Under the pieces are notes generated by a model. The model was not told where the DNA came from and searched no databases. It saw only the letters and a list, made by a program, of their open reading frames with translations. Position numbers and translations under genes: made by a program. Positions 51,252 to 59,078 of a stretch of 64,000 nucleotides of DNA are shown piece by piece; the first letter of the stretch is position 1; the number at the start of each line of letters is the position of its first letter. Source of the DNA: Deltaproteobacteria bacterium (lineage in GTDB: Bacteria; Myxococcota; Kuafuiibacteriia; Kuafuiibacteriales; Kuafuiibacteriaceae); the NCBI GenBank assembly GCA_040218735.1, contig JAVJQW010000017.1, forward strand, positions 256,001-320,000, given 5' to 3'.

Positions 51252-52075
51252 TGGGTGCGTTCGGCCAGCTCTCCGACCTGATCGGTCTGCGCGGTCCGCT
51301 CTCCGACACGCTGTTGATGGGCGTGCTGGTGTTGATGCGCATCGTCCCCATCATCTTCCAGACGCCGTTCCTCGGCGGAAAGCTCGTCCCGCCCGAGACC
51401 CGCATCGGTCTGTCGGTCGGGCTCGCGGTCCTCGTCTTCCCGTTCGCCAAGTCCGGGATGGACGGACCGCTCGACGTCAACTGGCTCGCGTTCCTGATCC
51501 TGCTGTTGAAGGAGCTCTTCTTGGGCTTCGTGATCGGCTTCGTCGCGACGGAGCTCTTCCTCGCGATGGAGATCGCAGGCCGCGGCCTCGACGTTTTGCG
51601 TGGCTCGAACATGGCCGAGGTGCAGGTCCCCGAGCTGCAGCTTCGTGTGTCCCCGATCGGTCAGTTCAACTTCCAGCTCCTGCTCGTGGTGTTCTGCGGG
51701 CTCAACGGGCACGGCCACTTCATCGAGAGCGTGATCAAGAGCTACGAGATGGTGTCGATCGACAAGTGGCCGGGCTTTTCGGCGGCCGGCTTCCAGACCT
51801 TCGTCGACGGCATCCTCATGTACACGGGCGACCTGTTCGCGGTCGCCTTCGGGCTGGTGTTCCCGGGCATGTTCGCCGCGTTCCTCGTCGACGTCGTGTT
51901 CGGCATGTTCAACCGCATCGCGCCGCAGCTGAACGCCTACTTCATGGCGATGGGTGTGAAGGCGCTCTCCGGCCTCATCATGTTCATGTTCGCGATGTCG
52001 CTGATGGTCGCGCAGATGGGACACCGCCTCGAGGAGTCGCTGCTGTTCATCCGCCGCATCGTGGCGTTCTTCTGA
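51251..52075 (+). CDS. sctT: T3SS export gate SctT (FliR family)
   Basis: PFLGGKLVP...RIG, KELFLG..IG, AG..LD..RG, NRIAPQLNAYF. Confidence 0.93.
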   Translation: MGAFGQLSDLIGLRGPLSDTLLMGVLVLMRIVPIIFQTPFLGGKLVPPETRIGLSVGLAVLVFPFAKSGMDGPLDVNWLAFLILLLKELFLGFVIGFVATELFLAMEIAGRGLDVLRGSNMAEVQVPELQLRVSPIGQFNFQLLLVVFCGLNGHGHFIESVIKSYEMVSIDKWPGFSAAGFQTFVDGILMYTGDLFAVAFGLVFPGMFAAFLVDVVFGMFNRIAPQLNAYFMAMGVKALSGLIMFMFAMSLMVAQMGHRLEESLLFIRRIVAFF

Positions 52076-52085
52076 GATCGAGAAC

Positions 52086-52655
52086 TCACGGCACCAGCTC
52101 GGACAGCAGCTCCGCGACACCACGCTTCACCCACGCGGTCAGCGAACCACGCCCTCCCAGGCCCCACTGGATGACAAGCCCGTGCCAGTGCGCCTCGACG
52201 AGCGGAGCGAGCGCGCTCGCACGCGCCCTCGACGCACCACATCGCTCGAGCGCACTCGTGATCTCGGTCCGCACCGCCTTCAGGTACCGTCGCGCCTTCC
52301 GATTTCGCGCAGGCACCGTCATGTCCCGCGCCAGGATCTGAAACGACCCGACGAGCACACGACGATCCCCCGTCCCTGCGGTGAGCGTCGCGAGCCACCG
52401 CGCCAGCTCGAGGCGGGGGTCTTCGGTCGGGGAACGCGGCCGGTCGAGCTGCGCCACGATCGACGCGGTGTGCCGGTCGATCACCGCTTCGATCAGCTCC
52501 ACCTTCGACCCGAACCGCTGCAGCAGCGTGGCGGGCGACAGACCCGCGATCTCCGCGAGCTGCGGGAGCGTCACACCGTCCGGGCCCTCCGCGAGGACCG
52601 TGGGACGGAGCGCGTCCAAGAGGTCGGCGTCCGAGACTCGTTTGCGCCGGGGCAT
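52086..52655 (-). CDS. TetR-family regulator
   Basis: TLPQLAEIAGLSPATLLQRFGSKVEL HTH; divergent from the RibD-like gene. Confidence 0.88.
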   Translation of the reverse strand: MPRRKRVSDADLLDALRPTVLAEGPDGVTLPQLAEIAGLSPATLLQRFGSKVELIEAVIDRHTASIVAQLDRPRSPTEDPRLELARWLATLTAGTGDRRVLVGSFQILARDMTVPARNRKARRYLKAVRTEITSALERCGASRARASALAPLVEAHWHGLVIQWGLGGRGSLTAWVKRGVAELLSELVP

Positions 52656-52662
52656 TCCTCGC

Positions 52663-52694
52663 TTGTTTATAAATGAGCATTCATTTATCTACAA
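52663..52694. promoter_or_regulatory. Inverted repeat, probable TetR operator
   Basis: TTGT-tt-ATAAATGA-gcat-TCATTTAT-ct-ACAA fills the divergent intergenic gap. Confidence 0.8.
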
Positions 52695-52698
52695 CCTC

Positions 52699-53238
52699 AT
52701 GGCACGAATTCGGGTGTACATCGCCACCTCGATGGACGGCTTCATCGCCGGTCCGGAAGACGACCTCTCCTGGCTGCCGACCGCTCACATCGAGGAGACC
52801 GACGCGGTGACCTTCGAGGGATTTCTCGCCGACGTCGGCGTGCTCCTGATGGGGCGCCGGACCTACGACGTCGTCCGCGGGTTCGAAGGCGACTGGCCGT
52901 ACGGGGAGCTCCCGGTGCTCGTAGCGACGAGCCGCCCGCTCGACGACGCCCCCGCCACCGTCACCCCGGTCGGTGGGACGATCACGTCGATCCTCGCGGA
53001 GGCGAAGCAAGTCGCCGGCGAGCGGGACGTCTACCTCGACGGCGGCAACCTCGTTCAACAGGCGCTCGAAGCCGACGCGGTCGACGAGCTGATCGTCACC
53101 GTCGTCCCGATCCTCCTCGGCGCGGGCGTGCGGCTCTTCGGCGAGACGTCGAAGCGGATCCCGCTCCAGTTCGAGGCGCCCCAGCGCTACGGCAGCATGG
53201 TGCAGCTCCGCGCCCGACGCGCCGAGAGCCCGACGTGA
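52699..53238 (+). CDS. Dihydrofolate reductase / RibD C-terminal family protein
   Basis: YIATSMDGFIA, LMGRRTY, YLDGG, VPILLGAGVRLF. Confidence 0.9.
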   Translation: MARIRVYIATSMDGFIAGPEDDLSWLPTAHIEETDAVTFEGFLADVGVLLMGRRTYDVVRGFEGDWPYGELPVLVATSRPLDDAPATVTPVGGTITSILAEAKQVAGERDVYLDGGNLVQQALEADAVDELIVTVVPILLGAGVRLFGETSKRIPLQFEAPQRYGSMVQLRARRAESPT

Positions 53239-53314
53239 TCGCCGACCGCGACGCCGTCGAGCTCGTGCACCGCGTCCTTGCCGGCGGCGGACGCTTCCGA
53301 TCTCGACGAGCTGC

Positions 53315-53443
53315 TCAGTTGATCGCGAAGCAATAGATCCGGCCGATCGCCGATCGAGACGCCGTCGTAGTCGAACCGCGGCCCCGCGCCGATGCGATCG
53401 ACGCGCGTCGGTCGACCGTAGGTCGCGTCCGCCATCGCCGAGA
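53315..53443 (-). pseudogene. Decayed, internally deleted duplicate of the 3' part of 54745..55806
   Basis: 53315-53348 matches 54745-54778, and 53349-53443 matches about 55108-55202 with substitutions and indels. Confidence 0.85.
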
Positions 53444-53542
53444 TCGTGGCGTTCTGCTGACGGACGCGAAGCCCACGCCGAATCGGCGTGCCGAATCAGC
53501 GTGGTCGTGGTCGACAGGGCCGTCTGGCGGAACAACACGGCC

Positions 53543-53558
53543 TGGCATGGCCCCTGCT
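53543..53558 (+). promoter_or_regulatory. Sigma54 -24/-12 promoter
   Basis: TGGCATGGCCCCTGCT (GG-N10-GC), 12 bp before ATG 53571. Confidence 0.65.
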
Positions 53559-53570
53559 TCGGGGCACGGC

Positions 53571-54734
53571 ATGTCGTACCGAATCGCCATCTGTACCCTC
53601 ACGGTCGGAATCGTTGCGTGTGGGGCTCCTACGGACACACCTCCCGCGGCCCCGGAAGCGACCGTGTCCGAGGGCCACGCGCTGTCGCTGTCCTCGAGCA
53701 ACCTCCTCGGATCGAGCTTCCGCCTTTCGTCCGTCAGCGCCTTCGGGGTGCTGCGAGGCTCCTCGCTCGACGCTGTCTCGCCGTACGCAGGAACCAACGC
53801 CCTGAGCGGCATCGGCCCGAACGGCATCAGCACGGACGGACTCAAAGGCGACCTCACCGGTCTGCTGGCGAACAGCTCCTCGGTCGCCGGCGACGAGCTG
53901 ATCGGCGCAGAGTTCCCGGCGCTCGGGACGAGCGGGAACATGACACTTCGCATCGCGAACGTGCGGCGCGGCGCGGGCGACAACCGGGACATCAACTACT
54001 ACGACGTCCGAGTTCTGGAGAACGACGGCACCGTCGTTCCGTTGTGCGGCCTCGACAGCTCGGGAAAACCGGTTCTGGCGATCGCCCTCCCGGGCGTCTG
54101 GGACGACGGAGGTTTCGACATCAACCCGGGTGGCTGGCTCGAGGCCGTCGACGAGTTCAGCTTCGCCTGCCACGGGAGCAGCGTCGCGAAGTGCTTCGAG
54201 ATGGGCTACAAGCCGTGGCGCCTCGAGGAGCAGAGCCTCATGCCCGCCGCGCACCAGGCGTGCGTCCGAATGCTTCGCGCCGACTACTGCGGGGATGGGG
54301 AGGCCCACACGACGGAAGGAACCCTGATCGGGTACTACGACGACCTCGGCGTGCAGCACAACGTCGACCAGCGCCGCCTGCTCGAAGCGACGTGGACCCC
54401 GTGGGGCGCCGCGTGCATCGAACGAACCCGAATCGCAAAGGCCTCGAAATCGCCCTGCGTGCGACGTCGAATGGCGACGAAGTGCGACCTCGAATCGTCC
54501 ACGACGCGAGGCCTCGTGCGGAGCACGCTGCCGAGCGCCAAGACCAGCGGCGATGACGATGACGATGACGGTGACGACGACAGCGACGACGACGATGACG
54601 GCGATGATGACGATGACGATGACGATGACGGTGACGACGACGACGAGGACGACGACGACGAGGACGACGACGACGACGAGGACGACGACGACGACGAGGA
54701 CGACGAGGACGACGACGATGATGACGACGACTGA
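53571..54734 (+). CDS. ADYC-domain lipoprotein with poly-Asp tail
   Basis: IVAC lipobox; FAC....AKC..MGYKPW; ACVRMLRADYCGDG; EATWTP.GAAC. Confidence 0.85.
   Translation: MSYRIAICTLTVGIVACGAPTDTPPAAPEATVSEGHALSLSSSNLLGSSFRLSSVSAFGVLRGSSLDAVSPYAGTNALSGIGPNGISTDGLKGDLTGLLANSSSVAGDELIGAEFPALGTSGNMTLRIANVRRGAGDNRDINYYDVRVLENDGTVVPLCGLDSSGKPVLAIALPGVWDDGGFDINPGGWLEAVDEFSFACHGSSVAKCFEMGYKPWRLEEQSLMPAAHQACVRMLRADYCGDGEAHTTEGTLIGYYDDLGVQHNVDQRRLLEATWTPWGAACIERTRIAKASKSPCVRRRMATKCDLESSTTRGLVRSTLPSAKTSGDDDDDDGDDDSDDDDDGDDDDDDDDDGDDDDEDDDDEDDDDDEDDDDDEDDEDDDDDDDD
54552..54731 (+). repeat. (GAC/GAT) trinucleotide tract encoding about 60 mostly Asp residues
   Basis: Read directly from the sequence; ends at the stop codon. 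Confidence 0.95.
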
Positions 54735-54744
54735 GGTCGTCTCG

Positions 54745-55806
54745 TCAGTTGATCGCGAAGCAGTAGATCCGGCCGATCGAGAGCGTCGACTCGAAGCTCG
54801 CCTGGTCGCAGCCCACGGTGTCGTGCGCGTCGTTCCACGTGCCCGACGAGAAGTCGGTGTCCTCGTGGCCCACGCGACAGATGCGGAAGGTGGCGTTCGA
54901 CGTCCAGTCTTCGCAGGTGAGCGGCGGGTCGTTGACCGGATCGCTGCCGCCGACGAGGCGGCCCTGCGAATCGGAGCCGGTGAGGATGTCGTGCGCGATG
55001 TCGAAGAGCGGGAACGGACCCTGCACGATCTCGAAGCCGCACTCCGACTTCTGCAGGTTCGCCGGGATGCCGGTGCCGCCGTTTTCGTGGTGAATCGCGG
55101 CGTGACTGCCGATCGAGACGCCGTCGTAGTTGAACCACGGCCCCGCGCCGATGCGATCGCGCGCGTCGATTCGACCGTAGGTCGCGTCCGCCATCGCCGA
55201 GAGGTACGCGCGCCAGGTGCGGCCGCCCGCGCCGGCCGCGGTCGCGGCCGCCTGGCAGATCGCGTCGGCGCCGGCGAGCCCGCCGAGGTTGCCGCCGGCC
55301 GCGCCCGAGCCCTGCTCGGTGAAGAAGAACGTCATCGTTGGCGCCGGGTTGCAGCCGGGGCCGCCGTCGCGCACGAAGCCACCGTCGCGCCCAGGCCCGC
55401 CGTCGCGCGGGGGGCCACCGTCGCGCGGCGCGGGTCCACCGTCGCGCGGCGCGGGACCTGCGTCGCGCACGCCCGCGTCCCGTGGCGGACCTGCGTCGAC
55501 GCCTTCACCGGCGTCGCGCACCCCGGCGTCCCGATCGCCGGCGTCGCGGTCACCGCCGTCGCGGTCTCCGCCGTCGACGACGCCGCCGTCCCGATCACCT
55601 CCGGCGCCGCCGTCTCGCTCACCCGCGTCGCGCTCTGTCGCGCCCGCGTCCACGCCGCCATCACGCGCGACCGCGTCGCCGCCGTCGCGCTGCCCTTGGG
55701 GCGGCGGCATGTTCGTCGAGATCTCGTCGTCGCCCGTTCCGCAGGCGACGGTGAGCGTCAGGGAAGCGAGCGCCACGAGGGCGCCCGACGGGATCCGCCG
55801 CGGCAT
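54745..55806 (-). CDS. Lipoprotein with RDGG/RDAG repeats and endostatin/DUF1554-like lectin domain
   Basis: TVAC lipobox; GNLGGLAGADAICQ, WRAYLS, DARDRIGAGPW, CEDWTS, RIYCFA. Confidence 0.8.
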   Translation of the reverse strand: MPRRIPSGALVALASLTLTVACGTGDDEISTNMPPPQGQRDGGDAVARDGGVDAGATERDAGERDGGAGGDRDGGVVDGGDRDGGDRDAGDRDAGVRDAGEGVDAGPPRDAGVRDAGPAPRDGGPAPRDGGPPRDGGPGRDGGFVRDGGPGCNPAPTMTFFFTEQGSGAAGGNLGGLAGADAICQAAATAAGAGGRTWRAYLSAMADATYGRIDARDRIGAGPWFNYDGVSIGSHAAIHHENGGTGIPANLQKSECGFEIVQGPFPLFDIAHDILTGSDSQGRLVGGSDPVNDPPLTCEDWTSNATFRICRVGHEDTDFSSGTWNDAHDTVGCDQASFESTLSIGRIYCFAIN

Positions 55807-55841
55807 GGTCCGACCAAGCTACCGCGGATCCGCCGCCGACT

Positions 55842-56495
55842 TCACGCCCCCTTCTTCAGCACCTCGGGGTACGCCTTCTCCAGCTTCTCCAACTTCGCGG
55901 GCACCCACATCCGCACGTAACCGTGGTCCGGGTGCAGCCGGACGAAGTCTTGGTGATAGGCCTCGGCGGGGAAGAACTTCGCCAGGCGCTCGAGCTTCGT
56001 GACGATCCCACCGCCGAAGTACTTGTCGTTGATCTGCTCGATGTACGCGGCCGCGACCTTCTTCTGCTCCTCGTCCGCGTAGAAGACCGCGCTGCGGTAC
56101 TGCGTTCCGCGGTCCGGCCCCTGGCGGTTGAGCGTCGTCGGGTCGTGCGTGGTGAACAGCACCTGGAGCAGCTGCCCGAAAGTCACCTTCTGGGGGTCGT
56201 ACGTGATCTCCACCACCTCCGCGTGCTGCGTGATCCCCGACGACACCTTCTTGTAGTCGGCGTTCTCCTTCGAGTCCCCGGCGTAGCCCGACACCACGGA
56301 CTTCACCCCCTCGACCCGCTCGAACACCGCCTCGACACACCAAAAACACCCCGCCGCGAACACGGCCTTGGCCGTCTCGCCCTTCGCCGCGACGTCCTGC
56401 TTCGGCTTCGGCAGCGTCTTCGCGGCGGCCTGCTGCACGCAGGCGCTCGCGGTGAACAGGGCAGCGGTGAACGTCAGGAGCGCTAGCGATCGCAT
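55842..56495 (-). CDS. msrA: Peptide methionine sulfoxide reductase MsrA (exported)
   Basis: AGCFWC, SGYAG, HDPTTLNRQGPDRGTQYRS, AEAYHQ; N-terminal signal or lipobox. Confidence 0.95.
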   Translation of the reverse strand: MRSLALLTFTAALFTASACVQQAAAKTLPKPKQDVAAKGETAKAVFAAGCFWCVEAVFERVEGVKSVVSGYAGDSKENADYKKVSSGITQHAEVVEITYDPQKVTFGQLLQVLFTTHDPTTLNRQGPDRGTQYRSAVFYADEEQKKVAAAYIEQINDKYFGGGIVTKLERLAKFFPAEAYHQDFVRLHPDHGYVRMWVPAKLEKLEKAYPEVLKKGA

Positions 56496-56589
56496 CTGCC
56501 CAAGAGTATGCGCGAAGCGACAAAAGGTTTCGTCCGAATCGAGATCAGTTGCCGGATCGCGTCATCTGCGCCCACGATCCACGACGAAC

Positions 56590-57921
56590 GTGCCTCGGAT
56601 CGGGAACATCCAGGCGGCGAGCTGGCGCACCACGAACGCGCCGCTGCCCTCGGCGGTCCGGCTGCTGACGCCCGACGTCCCCCGCGTCCCCGGCTCGAGC
56701 GCCCCCGCCCGCACCGGACGTGTCTGGGGCCCCGGCCTCCTCGGCGTCTCGTTCACGACGCTCGCGGACCGCGCGCAGCGCATCTACAACGACGACAACA
56801 CGAAGCTCGACGCCGTCTCGATGGAGCTGATCCTCGGCGCCGAGAAGCTCCTCGACGCCCACGGGGTTCAGTACAGCCACACCAAGACGACCGACGGCTT
56901 CTTCGCGCTGCAGATCGAGCCGAACGACGGCGGCAACCTGCTCAGCGACCCGGCGCACGATCTGTCGACCCACCTCGGCGGCTTCCGATTCCTCTACAGC
57001 CCCGGGAAGCTGATCGCGCGCGGCAGCAACGGCGACCACTGGCGCTTCACCCGCGAGCTCTGCCTCGCGCACCAGTCGATTCAGGACATGCGCCTCGACC
57101 CCGTGACCGTGCACGAGATGGAACACACCGTCCTCTCGCGCGCGGAGGAGAAAGGCATCCCGCAGCTCCTCACCGGGTGCTTCCAGTCGAACCCCGGCGG
57201 CGCGATCCCGACCGACACCCACGGCATCGGCGGCTACGTCGGCTACCTCTCGATCCAGGAGGTCTCCGCGTACTCGGAGCAGTGCTTCGTCCACGCGAAC
57301 CGCATCCGAGCCGTGGACTTCGACGCCGACCACGCGGACGAGGTCGAGCAGCTCCGCGAGGCCTCGTCGTGGGGCACCGCGCTCGCGCAGCGGATCGGGA
57401 ACATCGCCGAGGAGCTGGAGGGGGTGCTCGCCCGCCGTCCGCCGGTGCACGCCAAGCTCGACGACGCCGACGTGATCGTCAGCGCCGACGGCGAGATCCT
57501 CGACACGACGGACGCCCAGCTCGGCGAGCACGTTCGCATCGAGCGCTTCCCGCTGACGATCCAGCCCTTCGGCAAGGACGAGCCGTTCCCCGTCAGCCAG
57601 CCGCGTGTCTTCCTCCAGATCCGCGGCATGCCGTACTCGACCTCCGTCCCGCTCCCCCAGGCCGAAGCCGCCGTGCACGCGGGGGACTACACCGGCGTGC
57701 GCGATCAGCTCGGCGATCACTTCACGCGCCTGAAGGACGCATGCCGCGAGCTGGAGGGCGCCTTCAAGAAGGTGTGGGACGAGACGGAGCGCCTCCAGAG
57801 CACCCGCCCGCTCGAACGCCAGCACCTCGACACGCTGGTGAACGACATCCTCGCGCTGCGCGACCTCACGAAGTCGCTGACGTGGAGCTACCGCAACACG
57901 TTCGACCCGCCGCCGGGTTAG
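56590..57921 (+). CDS. Hypothetical protein with HEXXH zinc-peptidase motif
   Basis: VHEMEH (57112-57126), downstream QEVSAY; no signal peptide; start uncertain. Confidence 0.6.
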   Translation: MPRIGNIQAASWRTTNAPLPSAVRLLTPDVPRVPGSSAPARTGRVWGPGLLGVSFTTLADRAQRIYNDDNTKLDAVSMELILGAEKLLDAHGVQYSHTKTTDGFFALQIEPNDGGNLLSDPAHDLSTHLGGFRFLYSPGKLIARGSNGDHWRFTRELCLAHQSIQDMRLDPVTVHEMEHTVLSRAEEKGIPQLLTGCFQSNPGGAIPTDTHGIGGYVGYLSIQEVSAYSEQCFVHANRIRAVDFDADHADEVEQLREASSWGTALAQRIGNIAEELEGVLARRPPVHAKLDDADVIVSADGEILDTTDAQLGEHVRIERFPLTIQPFGKDEPFPVSQPRVFLQIRGMPYSTSVPLPQAEAAVHAGDYTGVRDQLGDHFTRLKDACRELEGAFKKVWDETERLQSTRPLERQHLDTLVNDILALRDLTKSLTWSYRNTFDPPPG

Positions 57922-59018
57922 AGCCGTGCGCCGGGCACGCCGATGTCCGACCACATGCGGTGGATCGCGGTGAACGCGCCGCGCCGACCGAGGTGCACGA
58001 GGTGGCTCCCCGGGAACGTCTCGAGGGGCGCGTCGAAGTGCGCTGCGAGGCGCTCGGCCTCGGAGACCGGCGTGATGCGATCCGCCGCGCCGGCGATTAC
58101 GAGGCGCCCCGCACGATCCACGACGGAGGGGCGCGCGACGGGCGACACCGGGCGGTACATCCGCTCGAGCAGCTCGTACTGACGCTGCTGCTGCGAGGGC
58201 GTTCCATTCAAACGACCGCGCTCCCGCGCGAACGCCGGCACCGACACGAGCGGTATCACCGGGACCACGAAGCCGAGGCGAGGCTCCACCGTGGACAGCA
58301 ACGCGCTCGTGTAGCCGCCGAGCGACATGCCCATCACGCCGACGGTCGTCGCGCCGCGCTGGTCGAGCCAGCGAACGAACGTACGGAGGTCGTGGATCGC
58401 CTGGCGGAAGCCTTCGATGTTGAAGCGCGGGTCGCTGCTCGGGAAGGCCGGCATCCCGCCGCGGCGAATCGCGCCGCGCACGCCGTGGAAGGGGAGCACG
58501 AACAGCGCGACGTCGAACCCACGACGCAGGAACGATCGCACCGGCCAGATGTAGCGCTCGAACATGTGCACGCCGCCGAGGTAGCCGTGCAGGAGGACGA
58601 CCGCGGGCCGGTTGCCGCCGCGCTTGCGCCAGACCCGCGCGTGGGCGCGTTCGTTGAGGCCGTGGCGTTCGTAGCGTTCGCGGATCTCGGGCGCACGGAC
58701 GTAGGGGTCGTAGTCGCTCGCCCAGGTGACGTCGACGACGAGGTTGTCGCCGCGTTTGGACCGCACGCGCTCGCGGACGTCGCGCGGTGCGACGGAGGGC
58801 ATGAAGAAGGCGCTCGGGTCTTCGACCAATCGCGGGTCGTCGAAGAGGTGGACGTTGGCTTCGAGCTGCGCGATGCGCTCGTCGGCCGCGTAGCGCTCCG
58901 CGGCGTCGCGACCGCCGTACTTGAGGATGGCGCGGGCGAACGTGCGGTCGACCGTCGATGCGACGTGTCTCCTCACCCCGGCCCTCTGCGGACGAACGAG
59001 TGTTCCGACCGACACCAT
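57918..59018 (-). CDS. Alpha/beta hydrolase
   Basis: LLHGY, LPFHG.R, GMSLGG, DRI, FPGSH catalytic-triad pattern. Confidence 0.85.
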   Translation of the reverse strand: MVSVGTLVRPQRAGVRRHVASTVDRTFARAILKYGGRDAAERYAADERIAQLEANVHLFDDPRLVEDPSAFFMPSVAPRDVRERVRSKRGDNLVVDVTWASDYDPYVRAPEIRERYERHGLNERAHARVWRKRGGNRPAVVLLHGYLGGVHMFERYIWPVRSFLRRGFDVALFVLPFHGVRGAIRRGGMPAFPSSDPRFNIEGFRQAIHDLRTFVRWLDQRGATTVGVMGMSLGGYTSALLSTVEPRLGFVVPVIPLVSVPAFARERGRLNGTPSQQQRQYELLERMYRPVSPVARPSVVDRAGRLVIAGAADRITPVSEAERLAAHFDAPLETFPGSHLVHLGRRGAFTAIHRMWSDIGVPGARL

Positions 59019-59078
59019 TCGTTGGATTCTACTGAACCGAAGCGTGACCGGTCGATAGAGGCCATCCCCGGGTCACTT

